Below are positions 29,902-38,823 of a stretch of DNA of 64,000 nt, piece after piece. Where the stretch lies: assembly GCA_037443035.1 (NCBI GenBank), contig JBBIPC010000007.1, forward strand, positions 1-64,000. The letters are read 5' to 3'. Every line of letters starts with the position of its first letter. The stretch's first letter is position 1. Position numbers and translations under genes: made by a program. Origin of the DNA: Chthonomonadales bacterium (GTDB lineage: Bacteria; Armatimonadota; Chthonomonadetes; Chthonomonadales; CAJBBX01). The notes under the pieces are model-generated. The model had not been told where the DNA came from and made no database searches. It saw nothing but the letters and a program-made list of their open reading frames with translations.

Positions 29902-30414
29902 ATGGCGCGAATAGTGGGACGACAACGAATAAGGGAGGGGCGCAGCCTGGGCGAGCGCCTTTCCGAGATCGTCGTCTACGTGCTCATTGTCGCCGGTCTC
30001 GTCTGGGCCGCCCGCTGGTACTTCGTGGTCTATCGGCATTCTCCAAGCGTCGTTCTGGGTCGGTACCTGGGTCTCGTCAAGGCTGGTGATGCGCAGGCGC
30101 AGTTCGCCATGCTATCGGACCGATCCAAGGCATACTTCGGCTCGGCCAAACAGTACGAAGAGAAGTGGCCTCATGGTAATGACCTGGCGGGACGAGTGGC
30201 AGGATGGGAGATGGGTACTGTCAGGGAATCCGGCGATCGGGTGGAGATCCCTGTAGTGCTCAGGGTCCGGCCCCTCGGTCAGGCCCTCTACCAGGCAGCG
30301 AGCGAACCTTACAACGATGTCTACGTGCTTGTGCGCGAGGCCGGTGAGTGGAAAATCGCCCTGGAACAGAGCCAAGTGAAGTCCGTGGAGGCGGCCAAGG
30401 CCACACGACGCTGA
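29902..30414 (+). CDS. Single-pass membrane protein with NTF2-like extracytoplasmic domain
   Basis: TM IVVYVLIVAGLVWAARWYF; SP..VL..YL helix; LVREAGEWKI terminal strand; RBS present. Confidence 0.65.
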   Translation: MARIVGRQRIREGRSLGERLSEIVVYVLIVAGLVWAARWYFVVYRHSPSVVLGRYLGLVKAGDAQAQFAMLSDRSKAYFGSAKQYEEKWPHGNDLAGRVAGWEMGTVRESGDRVEIPVVLRVRPLGQALYQAASEPYNDVYVLVREAGEWKIALEQSQVKSVEAAKATRR

Positions 30415-30473
30415 CCGTGCCGACAGATACACACCGTTAGGGCGGCTACCCCGCCAGACGAAAGGACATACCG

Positions 30474-31409
30474 ATGCAGCAATGCCCAAAATGCGGCTCC
30501 AGTGTCCCAGATGGACGCGTTCAATGCCAGATCTGCGGCGCTGAGATGGATCCGGAGAGTGCTCGGACCGCTGGTCCAACAGGACTGCAGAATCCGGTAC
30601 TTGGGCCCAAGCCACTTACAGAGGAGGAGGCGGCTGACCTCAGACCGGGGATCCCTGGTATCGACCGTCCGGGTGCCAGGCCGGAGGACGAGACCGACGT
30701 TCTGGCAAAGCAGATCGGCGGAGGGGCTACGACTGCTCCGCAGGGTGGGGTCGAACTCAGGCGTACTCTCTCCGGCGAGGTCATCGAGGTTCCCGTCAGC
30801 GCGCTACCTCGCGCCGGAGGTCCCATGCTGGGACGAACGGGCCCCACGCCCCCGCCCACACCCATACCAACCACCAGGCCCGGCGGACGTCCGACCGTAC
30901 CCCCGCTCCGGAGCGGCGCGGGACCAGTGCTGGCCGGTGAAGGCGCCTCAGCGAAGAAGTCCAGCGCCGGCATCGTCCTCGTCGTCATCCTCCTCCTGAT
31001 CCTCGCTGGAGGTGCGGCCGGCTACTGGTACTACCAGCAGACGCGCCCCGCAGCCGCCGTTACGCAACTGATCGAAGACCTGAACAAACATAATTGGGGC
31101 GCGGTCTACGATCAGATCGAGCTGCCGTCCCAGCTCAAGTCTCTTGTCACTCGGGATATGTTCCAGCAGGCCATGGCACTCTTCGGTTCCAGCCTCAAGA
31201 TCGAAAGCTACGAGATCACCGGGTCCAAGATCGACGGAGACAAGGCAACCGTTTCCGTCAAGGCTACGACCAGCGTCGGCGGCAAGCAGCATTCGAGCAG
31301 CGGAGACGTGAACCTTGTACGCGTCAACGGCGTATGGAAGCTGGACGCATCAGGGGGAGCGCCTCGCCTACCTGGAGTGGGTGCACCTCGAATCCCGGGT
31401 GCCAGGTAG
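30474..31409 (+). CDS. Zinc-ribbon / Pro-rich / TM / NTF2-like (DUF4878-like) protein
   Basis: CPKCG...CQICG, Pro-rich linker, TM, IDGDKATVSV and LVRVNGVWKL. Confidence 0.7.
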   Translation: MQQCPKCGSSVPDGRVQCQICGAEMDPESARTAGPTGLQNPVLGPKPLTEEEAADLRPGIPGIDRPGARPEDETDVLAKQIGGGATTAPQGGVELRRTLSGEVIEVPVSALPRAGGPMLGRTGPTPPPTPIPTTRPGGRPTVPPLRSGAGPVLAGEGASAKKSSAGIVLVVILLLILAGGAAGYWYYQQTRPAAAVTQLIEDLNKHNWGAVYDQIELPSQLKSLVTRDMFQQAMALFGSSLKIESYEITGSKIDGDKATVSVKATTSVGGKQHSSSGDVNLVRVNGVWKLDASGGAPRLPGVGAPRIPGAR

Positions 31410-31502
31410 CGAGCCGAACTGACTGGCCCCGGCGGTAGCTGCGCGCCGTATGACCTCGGTCGGCGCGTGCTCTGGTGTCGTCGGTTACTTCAGGGCACCG
31501 TG

Positions 31503-32753
31503 CTACTTCGGCTCTGAGATAGAACCCAGGAAGAGGATGGTGCCCGTAGGCTTGTCCGCAATGGCAAGCAAGAACGGCCGGTCCACCACCATCTTGAATG
31601 GGTTGGCCGGTACGCTCGCGATGCCCACGATCACGGCAGTCGCTGCGGCAGCCTCCGTTCCTTGTTCGTCTACGGACAAGAAGGTCTTGTGCAGGGCATC
31701 GGAAATGAACAGACGCTCGCTCGTGGCTCCAGGCGGCAGAATCCCGTTGAGATCCGCCTTGTTGGGATCGAAGGCATCCGCCATTCCCAGCGCCGAGAGG
31801 GCCGTCTTGAGCGAGCTCGAGTACTCCGTCTTGAACCGCGGCAACTGCACCTCTCCGTCTCTGGAGCGCGTCTCCTCCGTCCAGGACTTCCATTGGCTGG
31901 CTGTGAGCTTGGCAACCACGTCCTTGAGGGTAACGCCTTCTCTCGGTAGAAGGACAAACATCCCCACGAACTGCCCCTGGTATGGTAGGCGGACCATCTG
32001 GAAGAGCTCGTTCTCGAGATAGTCGAACCTCCCAGTGCGACGCATCATGGGCACGGTGATCTGCTTGCCATCTCCGGTCGTGAAAGTGGCATCCCTCGTC
32101 GCCGCGACGGGGAACGCGTCCGTCCAACCTGCCTTGAAGTAGATGGCGTTGGTTAGTACCAGCATGGCGTCACGCAGCGCATCAGCGGCAACAATATCCT
32201 TGATCTTCTCCCGCGTCTTCTGCTTGACCCAGTCGTTGATTCGCGTAGCTGCCTCCGGGGAGAGGAAATCCACAGAGTAGGGTTCGGCAAGAAAGCTGTC
32301 CTTGCATCGCTGCATGAAGCCCGCATCGTACGCCACTCCCTGCTTTCCCCAGAGAGCGTTGGCGACGTACAGGTCCACCTTGGGATCGGGATTGGCCAGC
32401 AGAGCCAGAAGCTCGGCGTTGGCCTTGTTGACCTCGTCCAGGCTCATGTCGCCATAGGAAAGCGCCTTGGCCATGCCGGCTCTAGTCTTGCCACGTGCTC
32501 CGTTGTACGTCATCCCCAGCGCCAACTCGATGCTGGCCGGTGAAAGGAAGACGTTCCCCGGCTTCTCAGCAAGCTGCCGGTACAGCGCGAAACCGAAGTC
32601 GTTCATCGCCGCCACTAGCTTCGGTTCCACCCTCAGGTCGGCCGATCGAGCTCCCCGGTCTGCCACGTTGCCGTCTCCTTCCCCGCATCCAGCGAAGCAA
32701 CCCGATAGTGCCACCAGTGCCGCCACTGAGCCAAGGTACCGCATTCCGTGCAT
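31503..32753 (-). CDS. Serpin (serine protease inhibitor), probable lipoprotein
   Basis: NVFLSPASI, INDWVKQKT, LTNAIYFKAGW, LPRFK, hinge EQGTEAAAAT, DRPFL..ILFLGSISEP; lipobox FAGC. Confidence 0.93.
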   Translation of the reverse strand: MHGMRYLGSVAALVALSGCFAGCGEGDGNVADRGARSADLRVEPKLVAAMNDFGFALYRQLAEKPGNVFLSPASIELALGMTYNGARGKTRAGMAKALSYGDMSLDEVNKANAELLALLANPDPKVDLYVANALWGKQGVAYDAGFMQRCKDSFLAEPYSVDFLSPEAATRINDWVKQKTREKIKDIVAADALRDAMLVLTNAIYFKAGWTDAFPVAATRDATFTTGDGKQITVPMMRRTGRFDYLENELFQMVRLPYQGQFVGMFVLLPREGVTLKDVVAKLTASQWKSWTEETRSRDGEVQLPRFKTEYSSSLKTALSALGMADAFDPNKADLNGILPPGATSERLFISDALHKTFLSVDEQGTEAAAATAVIVGIASVPANPFKMVVDRPFLLAIADKPTGTILFLGSISEPK

Positions 32754-32941
32754 CGAAGTGCCCTCCTCAGAGGACGAATTGGTTACACGGGCATTATAAC
32801 CCGGCCTGTGCCTTCCTGCAAGGCTCGTTTGGAGCTCAGGGCCGCTCGGGGCGGTACACTTCTCGGCATGACCCGAACTGTGCTTGGCGACCCGCGGAGC
32901 AGCACTCCATGCGGGACCTTTCGAACCACGGTTACACGCGC

Positions 32942-34234
32942 ATGACCACTGACGCGGAGGAACTGCTTGTTCCGCGTTGGCGCAAGGCAGCGCTGGCCAT
33001 CTGCATGTTCTTGATCACCGCCTCGTTCGGCTTCCTTCAGCCCTTCGTGCCGCTCTACATGGAAGCGTCCGGACTGACACGCAGTCGCATAGGCCTGGTG
33101 ACAGGATTTGGCACCGCACTTGCCCTGCTCATCCAGCCCGTGCTAGGCAAGCTGTCCGACAGATTGGACACTCGGCGGCCCCTCATGTTCGCCTCGGCTC
33201 TGGCAGCAGGAGTGGCGTACTCCTGCTATCGCTTCGCCCATTCGCCTCTCGAGTTCATGTTGCTGAGCGCTGTTGGCGTCAATGGTACGATCTACCTCAA
33301 CGCGGCCGGTGGCGTTCTCGTCGGCCGCATGGTGGGCAGCCGGCGAGGCGGAAGCGCCTACGCCCGCTATCGGGTGTGGGGGTCTGTCGGCTATATCGTC
33401 GTGGCACTCTTGACCGGTTGGTTGCTCTACCGCCATACGGCATCGCATGCCGCCATGACTCGAATACTCCTGGAGCCAGTGTTCCTTTATGGTCCCTGGC
33501 TGTTCGCGATCATCGCCATAGCGTGCATGTTCGTTCCAGACGTGCCAACAGAGCCCTCCGCCGTGCCCAGGAACCACCGTCGTGGTTCCGCTGCACCATC
33601 CGCGGGACTGGATCCTCGCGTCCGGCCCTTTCTTGTCTCCTTCTTCTTCTATCAGTTCGCTCTCTATGGCGCTTCGGCATATCTCAGCCTTTTCATGAAG
33701 GAGTTGGGCGCATCTCCGCCGTGGATCACGGCCACCTTCGCCACAGGCGTCGTCTGCGAGGTCCTCGTCATGACCCAAGTCGGGCGTCTGGCAGACCTCT
33801 ACGGCCGCAAACCGATCCTGACCATTGCCTTCACCATCATGCCGCTGCGTCTGCTCTGCTACATCCCCGCCACGGGACCTCTCTGGGTGATGGCAGTCCA
33901 AAGCCTCCATGGCCTGAACTTCGGGATCATGGGAGCCATCGCCATCGTGTTCATCAACGATCTGGCGACGAATCAGGACCGAGGTGCAGCCCAGGCCCGA
34001 CTTGCCGCGGTGGGGGGTCTTGCCACGGCTTTTGGTCCGGCTACTTGCGGATGGATCGCTCAGCGCTGGGGCATCGGCTCCATGTTCGCCGCCATGGCCG
34101 GCGTGGGATCCGTTGGAGCAGCGATCTTCCTTGCACGGGTCCAGGAATCCCATCCGGCCCCTGGGAACCCCATCGAGTGCGCCCCCGCCGCCCTCCGCCC
34201 GATCCTGCGACGTCTCTGGCGCAGGATTGCCTGA
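32942..34234 (+). CDS. MFS transporter (MFS_1-like)
   Basis: About 12 TM; GKLSDRLDTRR and GRLADLYGRK motif A; YARYRVWGSVGY. Start placed at ATG 32942. Confidence 0.88.
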   Translation: MTTDAEELLVPRWRKAALAICMFLITASFGFLQPFVPLYMEASGLTRSRIGLVTGFGTALALLIQPVLGKLSDRLDTRRPLMFASALAAGVAYSCYRFAHSPLEFMLLSAVGVNGTIYLNAAGGVLVGRMVGSRRGGSAYARYRVWGSVGYIVVALLTGWLLYRHTASHAAMTRILLEPVFLYGPWLFAIIAIACMFVPDVPTEPSAVPRNHRRGSAAPSAGLDPRVRPFLVSFFFYQFALYGASAYLSLFMKELGASPPWITATFATGVVCEVLVMTQVGRLADLYGRKPILTIAFTIMPLRLLCYIPATGPLWVMAVQSLHGLNFGIMGAIAIVFINDLATNQDRGAAQARLAAVGGLATAFGPATCGWIAQRWGIGSMFAAMAGVGSVGAAIFLARVQESHPAPGNPIECAPAALRPILRRLWRRIA

Positions 34235-34253
34235 TCGTCCGGCGTTCTGGGCA

Positions 34254-34320
34254 GAGTCTTGCCTCACCCAAGCACCTGACGGAAAGCGCCCCGTCCAAAG
34301 TCAGATATTACGTGAAGCAA
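34254..34320. repeat. Left copy of a 41-bp direct repeat plus an inverted partial copy
   Basis: GAGTCTTGCCTCACCCAAGCACCTGACGGAAAGCGCCCCGT (34254-34294) is 35/41 identical to 36826-36866. GTCAGATATTACGTGAAGCAA (34300-34320) is an inverted variant. Confidence 0.7.
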
Positions 34321-34407
34321 CGCGCTGGGTAAATCTTGACATTTACAATGGGGTACACTGGACCTCGTAACGCTTAGTCGAATGCTCGCGCTGGAGAACA
34401 ATCGAGT

Positions 34408-36699
34408 ATGTCCACACTTCGGACTTCGGCCGACATTAGTCATCCGACCATTTCCGTTGCTTGTCTTGCGCTGGCAGGACTTGGGCTTTGCGCTGTAGCG
34501 GCCAAACCAGCAGCCTTGCCATCCCTTCTAGCAGCCTGGGGAGCACGCGCAGTTAGCCTTGACTTCCTCGCGCGAAACTTCGATCGTTACGCGACCCATA
34601 TTGGCGCTCTTGGGATTGTCATTACGGCTTTGGCCGTGATCTTGTGGTGGCATCCAACGCGCTATGCCGCTCTCCTTGCGAAGGTTGGCGACAGGAGCGA
34701 GCTGCTCGACCGGTGTGAGGAATCCAACCCACTTTGTCATAGAGTGGTCTTGCGCTGGATTGCAGTTGCGCTGGTCTTGCTCGTACCTGTTGCGATCGTA
34801 TCCATTCCGCTCGCGGACTTCTCGCTCGACGACTATCCTATCGAGCGCGTTCTCGATGAGAAAGGAGCCACGGCATCGTTGCTTACTCCTCATTTGGGAC
34901 ACTCGATGCCGGGATATCGGCTGGAAGTGCTCGTAGCGCGGCGTCTGTTCGGGTTGGCCCCCGCGCCGAGAGCGATCGCGGTGTGGATCATGCTTGTCGC
35001 CACGATAACGGGGCTTTGTGTGTTCCTGAGAATGGTTGGGATGGCTTCTATACCTGCGCTGGCGGCACCTGCAGTGCTGACGGTGTGGACAGGAATGACC
35101 GATGTTTCCGCTGGCTTCTTCGGCAGCTCACCCTACATGCAGGTTCTTGGATGCGGTCTGTGGGCTCTGTCAGGTATGGGGATGTGGCTGAAAGGGATAC
35201 GTACGGGATTTGGCCATGTCTTGGCATGGTGTCCACTATTGGTGGTGGCCACCCTTATCGACAATGCCGGTCTATGGGTGATACCTGCCGCGATTATCGT
35301 TTCGATAGGCATCCCGCTCAGCGGTGAGAGGGCGGATATGGTCAGGCGCCGTCGAGGCGCGATCTTCACGGTGGTGGCTGTGGGCACAATCATGACTTTT
35401 GTCCACCTGTTGATCCTACTTGCGCGCGGTTCCCGTGGAGATCTACTGGCCGGAGGCCATGCAAGAACACTTGTGACGTTTGCCAACGATATTGGCTATG
35501 TGGTCGCCAATTCTTGGCAGCACATGATTTCCGGCCCGCTCGACATTGAGCGCGTCCAGTGGGCATTATTGGCTCCATTAGTTGCGAGTTTCATTGCTGG
35601 TTGGTGGAGCTCAAATGCGATGTGGCGCCGGGTTATTCTCATGATGTTGTCTTCTCTTGTCATCGCAGCCGCGTTTGTCGCAATCGGACGCCCTGGTATT
35701 CACGTACGAGGCGCTAACACTCAACACCTCTGGGTAGTTGCAGCGTTCTTAGTTTCATCGGCTGCCGCAGTCTTGCATTCAGCGTACGCACGTTCCGTTG
35801 TATGGCGCGATCGCGTGATCGAGTTTGTCTTGTTCATAATCATATTCAGCCTTCCCGTCCGCGTCCTCGGCTTGCTTTCGGCGAAATTCGACTGGGCCTA
35901 CAGGCGCGTCGAAGCTAACGCTGTTCGGAGTTTTGGCAACTGGCTCTCAACCGTATCTGAAAAGCAGAGGGTCTTGCGGGTGCCGTGGATCGGAGGGGAG
36001 CGCATGTGTCAAACGGTGCGCGGTTTGGAGCCGAACCCGTATGACATTGTCACGTACACACCTTTTCTTGCATCCCCTGGCACTAGAATCGAGTTCGTCG
36101 TGGCGCAAGGAGCCCAAGTGCCCCTGTCAAAGGATGTAAGTTTGGCTCGCAGGCCGAGCACCGCCATCTCACCGAAGCTTATCGACGCTATTAGGAGCAC
36201 CTCCAACATTGACCTCATGTTCTTCGGGCCTATCAATCTCACCCTGACCAAGCATCCGTTCCGTCTGGACTTGGCACCTGCGACACTACACAACAACGTG
36301 GATCACAGGCATCTGGTAGGAGCATCGGGAAAGTCCATACAGGGAAATAAGCAGCTCGAGTTCGTTTCCAACGGCCAAGCCATCTATTATCTGCGGCGCG
36401 GCGCTCTCGACACGTCGACCTCGCACGTCGTAGAGGTCTCTGCGTGGCGTGTTCATCCTGCGGAGAGCGCACGCGTCCTGGTCGCTTACGAGAGTCCGTA
36501 CGGCGATGGCGTTTCCCCGGACTGGATTGTTGTACCGTCAGAGCCTATGAACGAGGAGGTATTGCGCGTTAACCTCGCGCGACAGCCGCGGTTTGCGCTA
36601 TGTGACCGTGTCAAGGATCTGCGTCTGGTCTTTGTGCAGCCTGGCACCTACCGTGTTCGGGCCGCAGGCGTCTTTGGAGCCAGGGCTGTGACACGGTAA
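34408..36699 (+). CDS. Polytopic membrane protein of unknown function (possibly GT-C-fold glycosyltransferase-like)
   Basis: 763-aa ORF, about 12 hydrophobic segments, SLDDY and PHLGHSMP in the first large loop, soluble C-terminal domain; GGAG RBS; visibly more T/A-rich than its neighbours. Confidence 0.6.
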   Translation: MSTLRTSADISHPTISVACLALAGLGLCAVAAKPAALPSLLAAWGARAVSLDFLARNFDRYATHIGALGIVITALAVILWWHPTRYAALLAKVGDRSELLDRCEESNPLCHRVVLRWIAVALVLLVPVAIVSIPLADFSLDDYPIERVLDEKGATASLLTPHLGHSMPGYRLEVLVARRLFGLAPAPRAIAVWIMLVATITGLCVFLRMVGMASIPALAAPAVLTVWTGMTDVSAGFFGSSPYMQVLGCGLWALSGMGMWLKGIRTGFGHVLAWCPLLVVATLIDNAGLWVIPAAIIVSIGIPLSGERADMVRRRRGAIFTVVAVGTIMTFVHLLILLARGSRGDLLAGGHARTLVTFANDIGYVVANSWQHMISGPLDIERVQWALLAPLVASFIAGWWSSNAMWRRVILMMLSSLVIAAAFVAIGRPGIHVRGANTQHLWVVAAFLVSSAAAVLHSAYARSVVWRDRVIEFVLFIIIFSLPVRVLGLLSAKFDWAYRRVEANAVRSFGNWLSTVSEKQRVLRVPWIGGERMCQTVRGLEPNPYDIVTYTPFLASPGTRIEFVVAQGAQVPLSKDVSLARRPSTAISPKLIDAIRSTSNIDLMFFGPINLTLTKHPFRLDLAPATLHNNVDHRHLVGASGKSIQGNKQLEFVSNGQAIYYLRRGALDTSTSHVVEVSAWRVHPAESARVLVAYESPYGDGVSPDWIVVPSEPMNEEVLRVNLARQPRFALCDRVKDLRLVFVQPGTYRVRAAGVFGARAVTR

Positions 36700-36825
36700 G
36701 CAGTTCATCCATGGGTGGTGTCGGGTTCATAGTTCGTATCGACCCGGATCAGCGCTCTTCCTGACTTCTTCGCGTTCCCGCGCCGTGCCTGAACCCTCTT
36801 GACTGACAAGGATCCGTCGCTGCCG

Positions 36826-37039
36826 GAGTCTTGCCTCACACAAGAACCTGACCGAGAGCGTCTCGTTGCGTCATTTCATCGTATGACCGATGTCGCCCGA
36901 CACAGTCGCATGGCGGTGAGTGTCATGCGATGCTCCATGGTGGCAGCGTTCAGGCTTGCGCTTCTCTCTTGAGGAAACACACAGTCAGATTCTTATCTGA
37001 GGCGACGATCCTCCACTGTCAGGTGCTGCGCGAAGCAAG
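36826..37039. repeat. Right copy of the direct repeat plus two inverted partial copies
   Basis: GAGTCTTGCCTCACACAAGAACCTGACCGAGAGCGTCTCGT (36826-36866); inverted variants GTCAGATTCTTATCTGAGGC (36984-37003) and GTCAGGTGCTGCGCGAAGCAAG (37018-37039). Confidence 0.7.
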
Positions 37040-37045
37040 CGGCCG

Positions 37046-37075
37046 TTGACTCCGCCCTCGCGGTTGTGCTATCTT
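37046..37075 (+). promoter_or_regulatory. sigma70-type promoter of the G5/3D-rsmA unit
   Basis: TTGACT, 18 nt, TATCTT with extended TG. Confidence 0.5.
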
Positions 37076-37183
37076 AACGGTCTGCCGGAGCTATCGCTGG
37101 CCGGAGGGGTGTTTGTCGGCCTTACGGTAGCCACCGGCGGGCTGCCCTGATCCGAGCTGCTTCACGGGAAAGGAGGGCAACTA

Positions 37184-37885
37184 TTGACAACGAATCTACC
37201 TGCTCGCCGAAGTGCGCTGGCGGCCATGGTCGCGGCGATGTTGATGCTGGCGGCGAACGGTGTCTTCGAGCGTACGACCGCTGCCGCTGACAGCGAAAGT
37301 ACCGCACAGGCGTCTAGCATCAGCGTGCGTACCGTCGAGGTGCGCGAACCCATTCCCTACGAGACTATCGAAAAGCCCACCAACGACCTGCGTGTGGGCA
37401 CATCGAAGACCACCCGTCCGGGAGTCCCTGGCGAAGCGGTTGTGACCTACCGAGTGACGATGCAGAATGAGCGCGAGATCCACAGGGAGGTCATCGAACG
37501 CAAGACCCTCAAGTCACCTGTGGCGGAGATCGTCCAGGTCGGACGGTCGTCGGTCAATATCTCCCGCGGACGCATGCCATCCCGTGGCTACTTCGCCGGA
37601 CGACGCGTCTTGACCATGATAGCGACAGGTTACGATCCAAGCCCGGCATCCAACGGTGGATACAGCCGAACCAGCACGGGGCTGAAGATTGGCCACGGAG
37701 TGGTCGCCGTAGATCCCAGAGTGATCCCCATCGGTACGAGGCTCTACATCGAAGGCTACGGTTACGCTGTGGCCGCTGATGTCGGAGGGGCGATCAAAGG
37801 TAATCGCATCGATCTCGGACACGACTCATCGCGAGGCGCGCGGAACATCGGTCGCAGGGTTGTGCGCGTGCATATCCTCGACTGA
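37184..37885 (+). CDS. G5 + 3D domain cell-wall protein (YabE/RpfB-like muralytic enzyme)
   Basis: Signal anchor; G5 (IPYET..G..GE..VTY..PVAEIVQVG); 3D (ATGY, VAVDPRVIPIGT, AADVGGAIKGNRIDL). TTG start with AGGAGG; conserved position before rsmA. Confidence 0.9.
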   Translation: MTTNLPARRSALAAMVAAMLMLAANGVFERTTAAADSESTAQASSISVRTVEVREPIPYETIEKPTNDLRVGTSKTTRPGVPGEAVVTYRVTMQNEREIHREVIERKTLKSPVAEIVQVGRSSVNISRGRMPSRGYFAGRRVLTMIATGYDPSPASNGGYSRTSTGLKIGHGVVAVDPRVIPIGTRLYIEGYGYAVAADVGGAIKGNRIDLGHDSSRGARNIGRRVVRVHILD

Positions 37886-37926
37886 AAGACGGCCCGGCGC
37901 TCTCGTGCACCGGGCTTCTCTCTAAG

Positions 37927-38823
37927 ATGGACCCGGCCCAGCCCAGCACCATGCGGGCCCTCTTGCGACGTCATGGACTACGCCCCAACAAACGGCTGGG
38001 CCAGCATTTCCTCTGCGATGGCAACATCCTGGATCGGATCGCTCAGGAGGCTCTAGCAGGTGACTCGTTACCCGTTGTGGAAATCGGCGCTGGGCCAGGT
38101 GCGCTCACGCTCCGGCTTGCCGCCAGGTCGCCTTCAGTTACAGCAGTGGAAGTGGACCAGTCCCTCCTGCCCATGCTCCGGGAGGTCGTCGCAGGGGTCT
38201 CTCAGGTCCGCGTCGTCCATGCGGACTTTCTCCGCCTTCCTACGCGCACCTTCCTAGACGAGTGCTTCGGTGGCGCGCCGGGGGTGGTCGCCGGCAACGT
38301 TCCCTATGGCATCACCGCACCCATCCTCGAACGCCTCTTCTCCTGCGGCGATCTGCTCGTACGCGCAGCTCTCCTCATCCAGACAGAAGTCGCCGACAGG
38401 CTCGGCGCTGCTCCAGGAACCCGCGAGTATGGTTCGCTGACCCTCTTCGCCGCCTACCACGGCCGCTTCCGACGCGTGCTATCCGTGCCAAAGCATCTCT
38501 TCTATCCACCCCCCGACGTCGGCAGCACCTTGGTGGTGTTCGAGCCAGGTTCAGAGCTGGCTCGCGACATCCTGAACCCCCAGATCTACTTTCGGCTCGT
38601 TCGCGCCGCTTTCAGTCAGCGCCGCAAGACCCTGGCCAACTCCCTTGCAGGAGCTGGCTTCGCGCCGAACGCACAGCTTGCGTGCGCTTGGCTGGAGACA
38701 TGCGGCATCGCTCCTGGCAGACGAGGCGAAACCCTTTCGCCCGAGGAGTACGGGAGACTGGCCAACTACCTTGCCGATCTGGGCTTTCCAGCTTCGGCAG
38801 GCGATAGCCGCACCGAGACGTAG
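37927..38823 (+). CDS. rsmA: 16S rRNA adenine dimethyltransferase RsmA/KsgA
   Basis: KRLGQHFL, EIGAGPGALT, AGNVPYGIT, FYPPPDVGS, AFSQRRKTLAN, RRGETLS. Confidence 0.95.
   Translation: MDPAQPSTMRALLRRHGLRPNKRLGQHFLCDGNILDRIAQEALAGDSLPVVEIGAGPGALTLRLAARSPSVTAVEVDQSLLPMLREVVAGVSQVRVVHADFLRLPTRTFLDECFGGAPGVVAGNVPYGITAPILERLFSCGDLLVRAALLIQTEVADRLGAAPGTREYGSLTLFAAYHGRFRRVLSVPKHLFYPPPDVGSTLVVFEPGSELARDILNPQIYFRLVRAAFSQRRKTLANSLAGAGFAPNAQLACAWLETCGIAPGRRGETLSPEEYGRLANYLADLGFPASAGDSRTET

Noticed and set aside
34336..34359. TTGACA...TACACT promoter
   Set aside because: The spacer is only 12 nt, not a canonical sigma70 arrangement.
34254..37039. Integron attC sites or an IS element
   Set aside because: The repeats lack RYYYAAC/GTTRRRY ends, and no integrase or transposase ORF is present.
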